The notes below the pieces were generated by a model that worked only from the letters and a program-made list of their open reading frames with translations, made no database searches and was not told where the DNA came from. The position numbers and the translations under genes are program-made. DNA of 54,851 nt from assembly GCA_002633005.1 (NCBI GenBank), contig NMRA01000495.1, positions 42,921 to 97,771 of the forward strand. The letters run 5' to 3'. The DNA comes from Phoronis australis (Eukaryota; Animalia; Phoronida). The stretch's first letter is position 1; the number at the start of each line of letters is the position of its first letter. This document shows, piece by piece, positions 43,601 to 54,851 of the stretch.

Positions 43601-46254
43601 TGCCTCAGTCTTAAGAAAAGAGTTCTTGTAACACCTTGCGTAATACTGTACGTCGTTGCAGAAATGACCGATATGTTACCAGGCATCCTCAGTCATTTGG
43701 GACCTGAAGGTCTGGCCAATCTCCGAAAACTGGCTGAAAGATTACCTGCCAGCAGAAGTAAGTCGTCATTTCTCAGACCGTTTGCTCAGTCCTAGACTGT
43801 CATATGTGTTAGAATGAATTGAAAGGATTCTAGACCCAATCATGGCGCTGTAAAACAACGCTCTGTAAATGTTGTCGACCATCAGAAGTTAGGGGCAAAT
43901 TTTAAAGCTAAGTCTGCTAATCTGGCATGCAAGAATTAAGCTTTAAGGCTAGTTACATGGCAGCAGTGGGGAAAGACCACCTACCAAGGACCGTAATATC
44001 CATTTGGTTACTCAGTGAGTAACTGACTCAATGAGTAAGTGTATTAGTTGAATCCTGCTTTGATCATTCAATTGAGACTATGATGGTGTAATAGCACTGA
44101 GATTGGTTGAAATCACCCGATCAAGGTTTTATATCCTCTTCTTACACATTAAACATGATATCAGGAAATGGACCAATTGACTTTGATAAACTGGTCTAAA
44201 TATTTGTACTGTTGTGGCAGTGATCAATTCGTACCATCAAAGAGAGCAAGACTGATGTGGAGCGGTCCAATGGTCAACGCTGTCAAAACTGGTTGTTTAT
44301 ATGTAATTGTGCGAGGTGCGAAGAAGTTTGAACTGTACTTAATATTGAGGTTTAATGGCATGAGCACAGTTTTGCTTTTGAATTTTGGAAGTTGAACAAA
44401 AGTTGGGGGCTTGTAAGCAACACAAGTGTCCGTGTGCGGTAAAATCTCGCCAATTTTGGACAAAAATAATTGCCCTAATTACTTTTTGTTCAAAGTCTAA
44501 CGTGAATGTCCAGTTTTCCATATTTTCTGATGGTAGCTATGGTAACAGAACTTGAACTTGGTAAAGCGGTAATTTGATGCTTTCTATCTTTTATCAAAAT
44601 CATGCCCGCACCCAGCCTTCAATATGGGGGGGGGGGTCGAACTCTTGGCCATGTGGACTTTTATCTCGTTTTCTCGGACTTTGTTTCTTTGAGGCGGACC
44701 TTTTTGCCCACTTAGCCAAATTGGCTCATTTGAGCCCCCCGAGCCCCCCTGGGTGCATGCATGAAAATGAAGAAATAAAATATCATTCATCCTAAACTGG
44801 TGAGATTCTACCTTGATGGCTGCTCTCTCACGAGTATATTCAAGGTCCCATTCCTGGTCAGGAATGTGCCATTGCCCAGTGGCAAACAACGTTAAGAGGT
44901 TTTTGACTTGGTGTCACACTCGTAACCATATATTCACATAACTCGTTTAACTCTGAATTTGTAGTGGCTTCGGAGGAGCTGAGCAACGCTGCGACGGAAG
45001 AAGTTGATGAAGACGACGACGTACCACGTGAGTATAACAAATGACCACTCTGAGGTGATATTGACCAGTGTTTGGGTATATTTGGACATCGGCACCATTG
45101 GGAGTGTTGATTGATTTAATGTAACGATGGTTGCAGAAAATCGGGTTGTGTCGTAAGGCAAGTTAACACTTATCGTTTTGCTATGATTATACTGAAGCTC
45201 AGATGTTGTATTTGGGACATTTTCGGGTTTAACCATCAAAGAGTGTATTTTGGGGATTGTTGCCAATTTTCACTGTTGTTTGCCAGACATTCGCTGAAAT
45301 TTAGGCCGGTGCCTTTATGATCTAGATTCCCTTAAAATAGTGTGCAAGCTAACACGTCGAGAATACCCTTTCAATAACATGTTTTGTTCTCTATTGTCTT
45401 GCTTTGAAGTTGGCCATTTTTGACCTACCGAAGTAGTGCTCAATATAGCTAAAAATAATTTTTTCTCCAATGTCTTCCCATTATTTGTGATGGGTGGAGT
45501 TACACAGAAATTTTGCTGTACAGTTTGGTTCTGGTTTCGAATATTTTGTTGAGCTGATTGCCACAAGGCAGCGCACACATCTTGAGGGTTCGTATGAATT
45601 CATGTGCGGCTGATGATGAATGTTCGTCATTCATAGTATCATCTTTTGATCATTTATCAATGGTTATTAATAAAAAGATCACAATTTGCATGAACAATTA
45701 TATCAGCTGTTAATACAAATTCTTTTATTAAACCATTTTTATCATATACCACCCATGCCAAATGACGTATGGATTTCGCAAGCTATTAGTTAACTTGCAA
45801 GATCCATGCGATGGACATAAGCGTGTCGCATGGTTATTGTCTATGGGACGGTACCATAGTTCCCCATTGTTGTGTCTTTGTTGGATATAACAATAGAGGT
45901 TGCATGGATATCATACTTTGTGTGCCCAGCAGCCGGATACCGATAAATGGTTACCATTATCTTTATTATAAGAAAAACAAAGTGAACTATGGATACGCCT
46001 ATCTACCGATATCAATGTGAGGAGCTTGCACCCTAGTTTCCGGTGAACATTGATTAGAATTTGTGTTAAAATCAACCAAAATTGTCCGTTTGTGTTGACC
46101 ATCCAAAGTTGTCCTCCTCTTGTTGTCAAAATATTCATGCACTGAACTATATGCGTTTACTGTTGTAGTAGGCAATTCGGCAACTTATGCTTACATTTTG
46201 TTTTCAGAATTAATAGGCAACTTTGATGATGCGTCGAAGGGTGAAGTTAATTAA
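40619..46254 (+). CDS. BTF3: Transcription factor BTF3 / nascent polypeptide-associated complex subunit beta (BTF3/BTF3L4 homolog). Exons 40619-40672, 41524-41637, 43001-43109, 43662-43757, 44965-45027, 46208-46254; 160 aa
   Basis: [18 protein letters not shown]|[38 protein letters not shown]|[36 protein letters not shown]|[26 protein letters not shown]...DEDDDVP|[15 protein letters not shown]; canonical GT-AG sites with consistent phases. Confidence 0.96.
41524..41637 (+). CDS. BTF3: BTF3 coding exon 2
   Basis: RRKKK ribosome-binding motif, GAG|GTAAGT. Confidence 0.95.
41933..42213 (-). mobile_element. Truncated inverted copy of the 47627-48446 Harbinger-like MITE
   Basis: About 280 bp reverse-complement match to 47627-47907, ending in CTGGAACAGCCC. 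Confidence 0.75.
43001..43109 (+). CDS. BTF3: BTF3 coding exon 3
   Basis: NAC domain [11 protein letters not shown]. Confidence 0.95.
43222..43440 (-). mobile_element. hAT-like MITE related to 13628-14098
   Basis: GGCTTGGAAT ... ATTCCAAGCCCTG; the reverse complement begins CAGGGCTTGGAATGAGCAAGGACAAAAAA. Confidence 0.6.
43662..43757 (+). CDS. BTF3: BTF3 coding exon 4
   Basis: [10 protein letters not shown] motif, A|GTAAGT. Confidence 0.93.
44965..45027 (+). CDS. BTF3: BTF3 coding exon 5
   Basis: [11 protein letters not shown]|GTGAGT. Confidence 0.88.
46208..46254 (+). CDS. BTF3: BTF3 last coding exon
   Basis: [14 protein letters not shown], ttttcag acceptor. Confidence 0.92.
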
Positions 46255-47626
46255 TGGATAGTCCAAGCTCATAGCATGTGACCCATGAACTTTGAACTGA
46301 AGGCAGTGCTGGGTCGTCAATGTCAATAGACCGACAGCTAAGTTATACAGACCTGGCATGAAGACAACCTGAAACGTGGAAGTCTGGCGGAATGGTCACC
46401 CCCATTTGTACATGCAAAAAAACCTGTTAATAGTTTTTGTTTTGACTCTTTTTGTTTACATGGTTATGATGATGGGAGGGGACATAAATACACAAAAATT
46501 GAAGTGTCACTGTGTTTTTTTTTTCATTTCCGTGGAAGAGCTTTGCGGAGTTTTATGAATAGAGGTAAAGCATTCTGTGTTCGTTGAGGAAGATGGTGGA
46601 CTTCAATCACTGAATTTTACAACTTAACTGTCAAGAGTATTGGAAAATGTCTAGATATCCAGTCACTATGTGAAAGTCAATTTCAATTTATTTAAATGTA
46701 ATGCAGTTCTAATTAAAAGTTTAGAGCATGTAACAAAAGTTCAAAGAAAGCTACCTGGCTGGTCTCGGATTAAAAAATGCAACTGACTATGGTGAACTGC
46801 AATGAAGCATCTATAAACCTACATTGAAAAAAGTGGGATGAACCTGGTTTATTTCTATCAATGGAAAATACAGGATGATGGCTAAGAAACGGAACTGACT
46901 GTTATTTCTAGTTTTACTGATATTACCAATTCTCATCACTGTCCAAGGTGACATATTCAGCAAACGGATACAACAAAAGTTGCCGACCTATGAGATCAAA
47001 ACACTGCATCATTATACGGTGGCCCCATTGATGGCAGTTTGAACTTAGCAGTCAGGAGTACAAATTGCTTATCTAACGAGAGTAAATCGACTCGGATGAA
47101 GTATGTTTTGAATAACAGCATACAGATGGATGAACCTTTATGCATGCAATCGGCACCTACTTGCACAACTTAAGTTGTGCATTTTGCTTGTTACTTAGTG
47201 ACAATTTGTGCACCAGCAATATTTTGGTTCATTATATTGGATTGAATTCATTTAAATGGTATATGGTTCATGGGAATTCACACCAACAGTCAATATCATA
47301 ATTGAAGCAAGGTTAATCTTCAGTCGTGATCATTGATGATTTAAGTTTTCCATTAACGGTAATTGTAATCATTTATCATCGGGCTGATATGAATTAATAT
47401 TGACCAAAACGGGGTTGTACGTTGAGTTGACAACTTCTGATACTTAAGTATGTCTTTTTATGGCACATTGGATTTCATTGACGAAGTGTCATCCACTGGT
47501 ATCGCATTCAGTGCAAGCCACAAGTATTCCACACAAAATGACCTGCAATTCACCATCATGATGTCTGGGAGGAAGCCAAACTCATCATCAGCGTAGAATC
47601 CAGAGGAAAGTTTATAGAATGGCTAA

Positions 47627-48446
47627 GGGCTGTTCCAGTAAAATCCGTGTGGGAGGGGGGGACGGCAGTAGAAATAAAAATTCATGGGTGGTGGTCTTCA
47701 GAAAAAAACTCAAATTATGGGTGGTCCTTCCTGTAAGAAGTGATGCATTAAAAATAGGTGGTATTTTTTGAGCTGTTAATGTTGACAGGTTGGTTACTTC
47801 AGCAGTCAAAACTCAAAAAAATGCAATTGGCATATATCCTAACTTATCCCAATACAAAAAAGCCCATATTGCCAGTGAACAGAGTGCAATATTTTCACTA
47901 AGCCATTAATCAAGTCATGGGCAACTTGATTTGAGCCAACTGTTTGTCTGCAGTCTTATTGAATTGAAAAGTTATGCAACACTGAACTGGTGTTAACACA
48001 TATAAGAAAATTGATGATTTTTAAATAAAAAGTATGAGGAGTAAGATAAACAAGTTCCAATATTCACTTGACATAGAAGTATAAAAGAGTTCGTGGAGAC
48101 AGTTTGAGATTCATAGATCCTTATAATTGAAAGAATGTTCATTGAAATTATAGACACATGGTGAACAGAGACACCTGGTGGCTGCCAAAAGTATCGCTCA
48201 CAGGCTACTTTAGTTTTTGACAATATTGGACAAGACAACTAGTTCTTGTCTGTCAATCATCTAAGTTCTTAACAGGTCCTCCTGGAGGCAATTTGTTTGC
48301 AAGTGTTGGATTTTATATTTTATCCTATTAAAAATAATTAAAAAATTATGGGTCATGGGTTGGAGAAATAAATGAAAAATATGGGCGGTGGGTACGAAAT
48401 AAAAGTGCCTTCCCCCCCTCCCATACAGATTTTGCTGGAACAGCCC
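47627..48446. mobile_element. PIF/Harbinger (Tourist-like) MITE with TAA TSD
   Basis: TAA|GGGCTGTTCCAGTAAAATCCGTGTGGG ... CCCATACAGATTTTGCTGGAACAGCCC|TAA. Confidence 0.8.
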
Positions 48447-49431
48447 TAAGCCATTTTTGTTTAGAATCGGCCATCATGACGGAGAAAATATTTTGTTTGG
48501 TCACTTTTTTCTTGTTCTGTAAGTTGTCTGCAGTACGATGACCAAGAACAGAATTAGATGCTCACAGCTGTCACTAAGCATCTCGTCCTAAAAAATCGCA
48601 CTTAATAGGCGAGTTGGACACAACTCCAGTCCCCAACCCAGACGTAAGATTGTTAACTCAAATGTTCAGTTCCAAATCTTCTGACACAGGCACTGACGTT
48701 TATGTACATGTGATATACATCACTGCCAAATGCGTTTATCTATAGTAAGGGACTGCAACACACTTCACAGCTCCAACAAGTTAAATGAGAAATAAGAATC
48801 CAGTATCCTGCTACCGGACCTTCATCAAGATTTCTAGGGTGCCCAAATGGACACCCCAAATCGTATTTAGGGACCCTGGGGTCAGTTTCTCGATAAGTTT
48901 ATTGTGGTTTGTCTTTTGGCTTCAATTTTCTGACTTTTTCCTTAGCCTGATTTCGTGAAACGAGCTCAACTATCCGTAGACTGATTTTTAGCCAGATGTC
49001 GAGACAACGGCCTCCTGTTCAGCATTTAGACACCTAGTTGGATGCAAAAGTAAAGTATGTAACTGTCTCTTTTAACTTGCCAGCAACAGCTCTTTGGACT
49101 CGTTGGCGTGCACAGAACAAGATAACAAACATAAAATAAACTATATTGCAGACCCAGTTCTCCACAGTACCATACCTTACGTACTCTAACAGCAGTTTGT
49201 CTTGGGGATCATACAAACACAGTCACACGTCATTGCTCATGGACGTACTAAGAAACTGGGAAACCCATTTATGGACGCCCTATTTTTGATCCCCTACGCC
49301 CCACAGTCAGCGGTGATGCTCTTCAGCATGCGAGCCCAGCTGTTATACACTCTGCCCTTTCTTGAGGGTGGAGGGTTGACACAAGCCAACACAAGCCGCA
49401 GTAAGACTTGGAAGTTGTAAGCACTGTTGTG

Positions 49432-49507
49432 CTACTCGTACAAGTCTTCGCTTTCATACTTCAGTTCTTCTAACTGCTCGTTAATGCTCTCCACAACACT
49501 GGCCAAC
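49432..49507 (-). CDS. REX1BD: REX1BD last exon
   Basis: ttcttcag acceptor, TAG at 49434-49432. Confidence 0.85.
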
Positions 49508-52500
49508 CTGAAGAAAACGTTGCACTGGTGTCATTGTTGCTCTACCTGGCACCTTGCTAATGGAATGGCTGTTTGAGTGAGAAGCCATACAACAAGACTA
49601 TTGAATGTGACACTCAATAGTCACTTGGTGGCGCTAGTCAAACTACGGTCTACATGAGTATATGAAAAAAATCTCACCAATTTTGGACAAAAAATAATTG
49701 TCAGAGTGTGCTTTTTCATTTTTCAAAGGTTTCTAACATTGTCATGAACACCCACAAGTTCTCAGAATCATTATCTGATGGAAACTCACTTACAAGGGTG
49801 CCGCATTTTGAGAACCAGTTTGATTCCATTATTCAGTGACTTGCATGGTTAACAGAAGGTCCTGGGTTCGAGTCCCGGTTGGGGGCAGAAATTTTTTCAG
49901 ACTTATACTCATGTGGCCAAAAGATGGCGTGCTGACGGGACAAATGTTTGCAACATATTTCCACACCATATTGAGATTGACATATTTACATGTTCAGTGA
50001 CTATTGTCAAAACTATGGCAGAACATTTATTTAGCATCACTTGTCTTTTATCAAAAAATGGCATCCATGTTGTGTCGCAAATTGGTGGGATATCACTGTA
50101 AATTCATGCATTCACTTGGTGCTCCGCTACCCAAAACGGACTGAACTAGTGGGGGATGACGATCAGTCAGATAAATGCTCTATTGACGCCTGATAATCAT
50201 TTTATTAGTGTCGATGATTTTTCAACAAATGAAAACTACAAAGAGTGTTGTCTATCGCTGGCTTGGTGCGTACTGTGTAGATGTCGAAAAAACATTTGTC
50301 AAAATTTATACTACTTACAGCACGGTAGTCTGTAAAAAAGAAAAAATGACATAACATACAATTATTTTTTAGTGAAATAACCAAAGAAATGTCATATCTT
50401 AGGTGAAAATAAAGATACCAGGTTATCTTAAAGAGACATTTTTCTGTGTTAATTGCTGTACTCCCTTGCCGAATATTTACCATTCAAGGAACAACAGAAA
50501 GTGACATAAACAACCCAGTAAAAGGGCCACATTTTTGGTTCCACATTAACATCCAGTTAATACTGTGTAAACTGATTACATCATGATTGTCACTGCTCAC
50601 CTTCCTTTTAAGTCTTGTACTTCCTGCGTAAACGATTCATCATTGGGATGATCTATCACATTTTGAGTTGCTATTTGCAGCTTAGCAGTCTAAAAACAAG
50701 AGGGTCATCGTTAAAGTTACTTACTACCAGCACTGGAGCAAGCATCACAACGTAGGGATCGCTCACATTACCAAACAATGTTTTAAAATGATAACGTGCG
50801 TTGCGAAATAGTTTTTTGCGAATGTTGTCATGCCATCCAGTGGTCTTTGCATTGAGAGTGGTGGTAGAGCAGAACTCATGACTATCTTGTAGAATGGGTG
50901 GTGCAGGATGTCAGTCTCCCTGGGTGACTGGCCAGGCTTGCCGTCCTCAAGATGTCTGAAAACCACCTCGCTGCTGCCATTCGACAAAATGATAATTTTG
51001 CGAATCTGTTACTAGAACAACTTAAGTTTCAAATAGCTTTGAATTGATATTATAAGGATTATGTTGTATATACACAGTGTCCTTACCTATTTGTACATTC
51101 CAGAGAAAGATTCAATTACCTCTATGCAACAGAACTACAGATGGTGTTGCAGCACCAATCAAGGCGGGGTGATAAAACTCACAATGTCGTGACTCTCTGA
51201 TGATACAAAACTTGTCTTTAATATTTAAAACCTCTATCCCCTAATACGGGAAGAAATTTCAATGTTTTAGGATACTTAATTTCTTTTGGAATCAGTCTGG
51301 TTACATAAGGCACATGGTTTGCGACAAAATCGGTGAATCACTAGGGATTACCTGCATGCTCAGGCACCCTTTATAGACCACAAAATGCCTAAAGAACTTG
51401 CTCAGTCATTCAATGATTGAACAATGGTGAATTTCCACCTGGCCCATGATCATCATGATTTCGGAATCGTGGTGCACGTGTTGTTGCTCACTCACCAGTT
51501 CTAACTTAGTCTTTTCCTCTTCTTGTACTTTCTCAATGTACTCGCTTAATTTAGGATAGCCAAGTTTGTCCTTTAGCTGATTCTGAATTACGATGATGTC
51601 TTCAGAGATCTTCTTGAACACTGATGTGATTTCATGGACTAGTTGCTTGTACATAGGAAAGTTGTACTGAGGGGCTCCAGCCAGGTAAGCCTGGTAACCT
51701 CTGTAAAAGTTAGAAACTAAAGAATAATGCCAAGATACCAATACGGGCGTGCGTTCAGTAGACGCTAGGACCTAGCTTAAACCTAGTCAAAGTCGCGTCT
51801 TCTTATTTAAAATGCACGGCAATATCTCACGTAATCTCACGAAGTCTTGCTTTTTAGCGAGGTCCTAGCGTTACTGAACGGGAGGCGGGTTACGTATCAG
51901 AGCGAAAGAACAACAAGTGGATGATCACATTTCCTCTGCCACAGTATTTCTTGGAGAAAAAATGCTTTACGTGAAAAGAATCCTACACTGACACCATGAT
52001 TGGTCGAGATTGGGCGACTCGACAGGTTTGCGTACCTCAAAATTTCCTGGTAATGATCGAAGACACATAGCTGCTGTAGTTAACTTAATCGACTTAGGCT
52101 GCTGATGTCATCCATCTCTAGATAATGAGACCCGCACGTAGTATTTTTAAATTTTCGTTTTGAAATTTTTTGAATACCATTGATGGATAGTTTGTGAAAA
52201 GTACACATGATTAGAAATTTTGAATTTTGAAAATTGGACAAGGAATGTGACTTTTACAAAACATTTGTGTAATGTTACAATATTATGCTCCTCATCAATG
52301 TGAGAGATTTGCATTTGATTCCCAGAACCTGCCTTTTAATTCTAGAAAAAAGGGTAACACCGTTGCCTAATGAAGTAAAGTAATGCTCATAGTAACATTT
52401 CTTATCTTAATGATCTTATAGTTGTCTCTAACATGCCAGGAAAGACACTGATTATGCCTTTTAATCATGGCATGTACTTTTGAAATGAGACAGTAATAAA

Positions 52501-54475
52501 GTTTCTTTATTATTTAATGTTACAGAGGTATGTGACTTAAAATCAAAATAGCACTTCTTGGATGTACCGCAGGTTTGTAGCTGCTTTAAAACTTTAGCCA
52601 GATTTGCAAAACCTTGATTAATTTTATGTCAGATATGATGTTCTGAAGTTAGCCAAATTGGACATTTTTTCCAACATAAAAAGCTTGAAAATTTTGAAAC
52701 TTGCTTCTCAGTTTACTCACAAATATTTCAAAAGTAAGCACAGCTTCACACAGATAGGCACACGGGTCTAGTAAGCACAGCTTGACACATATAGGCACAT
52801 GGGTCTAGTAAGCACAGCTTCACAAATATAAGCACATGGGTCTAGTAAGCACAGCTTCACAAATATAGGCACATGGGTCTAGTAAGCACAGCTTCACACA
52901 GATAGGCACATGGGTCTAGTAAGCACAGCTTCACACAGATAGGCACATGGGTCTAAACACACACATGTTAGAAGACACTCCCGTATTAATCTTACTCATC
53001 AAATAAGTTGTAGGTGTGTACTCTTTCCTCTTGCAAGCCGTAAAATTTCTTGAGTTCCTCTCTGGCTTCTGCAGAATGTGCCTATAAAACGGAGATCAAT
53101 GATGCACAATGAGCAATTTGCGTGCCCTGTTCAACACAGTATCTTTTGCAATGCTTTGCTTACTGAAAATCTAATGAACTTGATAGCAAAATTACACTGA
53201 CATTCAAAGCTATGCCTTAAAAAACGAGTTGACTTGAAGGGTGTCAGTCGTGGGTACTACTACTAGAAAACATTTTCACGAGTCAAAGTAAGTTGTCTTT
53301 TATCCGAATGCAAAACATTATCAACTGAATTAATGTCTCTTGTGGCCTAACTCGCGTGATGTCCATGGAATCACTTTATGGTAAACGTATGTGGTAAAAA
53401 ATTAACGGCGACCAAAAACAAATGTGGAGTTGTAATTCTTCTCCAATCATCTTAATTTCCGTAGACACGCTTCATTGAGGATGTATATAGAAGTAGATCT
53501 AGAAAGGATCGCTGAAAAAAGCAAGTACTTTTTTAAGTGACAATATTAAGTGTAAAATGTACATTTGATGAGGTGAAAACCTATTGGGTGACCAGATTTG
53601 GGCTACCCATTAGCTAGAAAAGGAAGTGCAAAACCTCTCTGTTGCCCATGGGCAGCAAGGTTTCCTTTGTTTTCACACACATACCTTTCCTGAGTTATCT
53701 TCAGTTAAGCATGCTGAGCATGTTGGGTTTGTTGATTCAGGCTACAAACCACACAGCTGCCTGGCTGTACTTAAACATTGTTTTGGGTTCATTTTACTTA
53801 TTCATGTTTAAAGGGTAGTGCATATTTGCCTTAATTACAGAAAACCTTCAAATTTCGTTTCTGAAGCACAAAAATTGGTCCACAAATATTAAATGAAGTT
53901 ACAGTATTTTGATGTGACCACTAGAGTTTCACAGTACACGAGGAAAGTAACTCCTGCAGTCAGACACTGTTCAGAAACACAGGCATACTCAGCTTCTGAT
54001 CGTCCCGAATACACTACATATATACTTGTAGTATTATATATACATATACATATATATATATATAAATATATGTATTGGGGACAATCAGAAGCTGCGGACG
54101 CGTGTTTTGCCTTTGGAACAGATCTGATAAGAGCTACTGCTTGCTTGAGCTCATCATTATCTAGGGTAATCTTACATAACCGGACTAGCGAGACAACTGT
54201 CTCACGCACATCTTCAGTTTCAATACTTTGCCTAATGCGCCTATTTAAAATACAAGCGAAGAGGTTAGTATAGAAACCGGTGGGGAGTGTTGTACCCTAG
54301 TCTAGCCTAGAGTCTAGGTTAGACTAGTTTGGCTTTGTCCAGCCAGTCGAGGGGCTACAGCGTTGCTAGTATTGCTAGCCTGGCTTGACTGCAGCCCGGG
54401 GCGACTTAAGAATTTTATCAGATTTTTCTAGGTCAAAAGTGATTCAAATGCCAGTTGCTACAACGTCCTTACCAT
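49432..54475 (-). CDS. REX1BD: Required for excision 1-B domain-containing protein (C19orf60-like). Exons 54475-54473 (ATG only), 53081-52996, 51700-51496, 50689-50601, 49507-49432; 152 aa
   Basis: M|AHSAEAREELKKFYGLQEERVHTYNLFDE|GYQAYLAGAPQYNFPMYKQLVHEITSVFKKISEDII...KVQEEEKTKLEL|TAKLQIA...LKGR|LASVVESINEQLEELKYESEDLYE*; LQEERVxTY, YxFxxY..VHxxT..F and INExLEELKY motifs recalled for this family; phases consistent. Confidence 0.85.
49843..49900 (+). mobile_element. tRNA-derived SINE fragment
   Basis: GGTCCTGGGTTCGAGTCCCGG (T-arm/B box) followed by GCAGAAATTTTTTC; the 5' half of a tRNA is missing. Confidence 0.45.
50601..50689 (-). CDS. REX1BD: REX1BD exon 4
   Basis: tttttag acceptor, AG|GTGAGC donor. 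Confidence 0.83.
51496..51700 (-). CDS. REX1BD: REX1BD exon 3
   Basis: Core of ORF 51406-51741, CTG|GTGAGT donor. Confidence 0.9.
51748..51880. mobile_element. Small palindromic MITE
   Basis: CGTTCAGTAGACGCTAGGACCT / AGGTCCTAGCGTTACTGAACG. Confidence 0.55.
52733..52954. repeat. 37-bp minisatellite, 6 copies
   Basis: AGTAAGCACAGCTTCACACAGATAGGCACATGGGTCT repeated head-to-tail without spacers. Confidence 0.95.
52996..53081 (-). CDS. REX1BD: REX1BD exon 2
   Basis: LQEERVHTY motif, GA|GTAAGA donor. Confidence 0.87.
54031..54072. repeat. TA/CA-rich microsatellite
   Basis: Imperfect (TA)n run. Confidence 0.7.
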
Positions 54476-54724
54476 TAAAAAGAAACAAACAGTAACGGAA
54501 TCTGACCGGACTTGGGAAATCCTTGTAAAGCAAAACACGGAAGCGCAGCCAAAACTAAATTTCGAGTACTCATCTGTTCACGTAAAATATGTTTTTATAA
54601 ATTAATATGCTACATATGTCAAACAAATTTAAAACCAAATGAAATTATAACACAGTAGAATATGTTTTTTCAATCTAGACTGTCTTCAAATCGAGTGTGT
54701 GTTTTAACTTCCGGCATATTGTAA

Positions 54725-54804
54725 ATGGAGGTGCTGGTTAGCAGACGGTTGTCTATTTCACACCGAAGTAAGAAAAAGTATGAGCTTATAAGAACCTACC
54801 AAAG
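54725..54804 (+). CDS. Possible first coding exon of an unidentified gene divergent from REX1BD
   Basis: ETS-like ACTTCCGG just upstream, aaATGG start context, open frame MEVLVSRRLSISHRSKKKYELIRTYQ ending at AG|GTAATT. Confidence 0.35.
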
Positions 54805-54851
54805 GTAATTTACTGATGACTTTAGTAGTAGTATTTTGAGCTTTCTTTCAA

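Noticed and set aside
41638-46207. Intronic snoRNAs in BTF3 (TGATGA at ~41646 and ~45611)
   Set aside because: No properly spaced CTGA D box with a terminal stem could be found by eye; needs an Infernal/snoscan search.
49843-49890. Functional tRNA gene
   Set aside because: Only a T-arm/B box is recognisable, with no D arm or acceptor stem; treated as a SINE fragment (likewise 2808-2880).
52733-52954. CRISPR-like 37-bp repeats
   Set aside because: Units are head-to-tail with no unique spacers, there are no cas genes, and the context is a eukaryotic intron.

Overview
Eukaryotic (invertebrate-like, AT-rich) genomic DNA with spliced genes and many non-autonomous transposons; it is not prokaryotic, and most of the six-frame ORFs are spurious. 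From left to right: (1) a decayed THAP-domain, Kolobok-like DNA transposon (minus, 1-1049); (2) a two-exon vanin/biotinidase (pantetheinase) family gene (minus, 3331-6785); (3) a 15-exon histone chaperone gene NASP (minus, 9990-38439, about 975 aa); (4) BTF3/NAC-beta (plus, CDS 40619-46254, 160 aa), head-to-head with NASP across a ~300 bp promoter; (5) a REX1BD/C19orf60-like gene (minus, 49432-54475, 152 aa); (6) a possible first exon of a divergent gene at the window end. NASP has a large repeat-rich exon and a probable U12 (minor spliceosome) intron. A ~5.9 kb block carrying its exons 8-12 occurs twice, separated by an N gap, most likely an uncollapsed haplotype. Introns and intergenic DNA contain MITEs (hAT-, Harbinger- and CAC...GTG-type), a Helentron/HINE-like element with an internal satellite, tRNA-derived SINE fragments and a 37-bp minisatellite. 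Exon models were built by hand from splice signals, reading-frame phase and remembered family motifs; no database searches were run. I found no clearly novel system; the best leads are unusual splicing features and a codon-patterned divergent patch inside the duplication.
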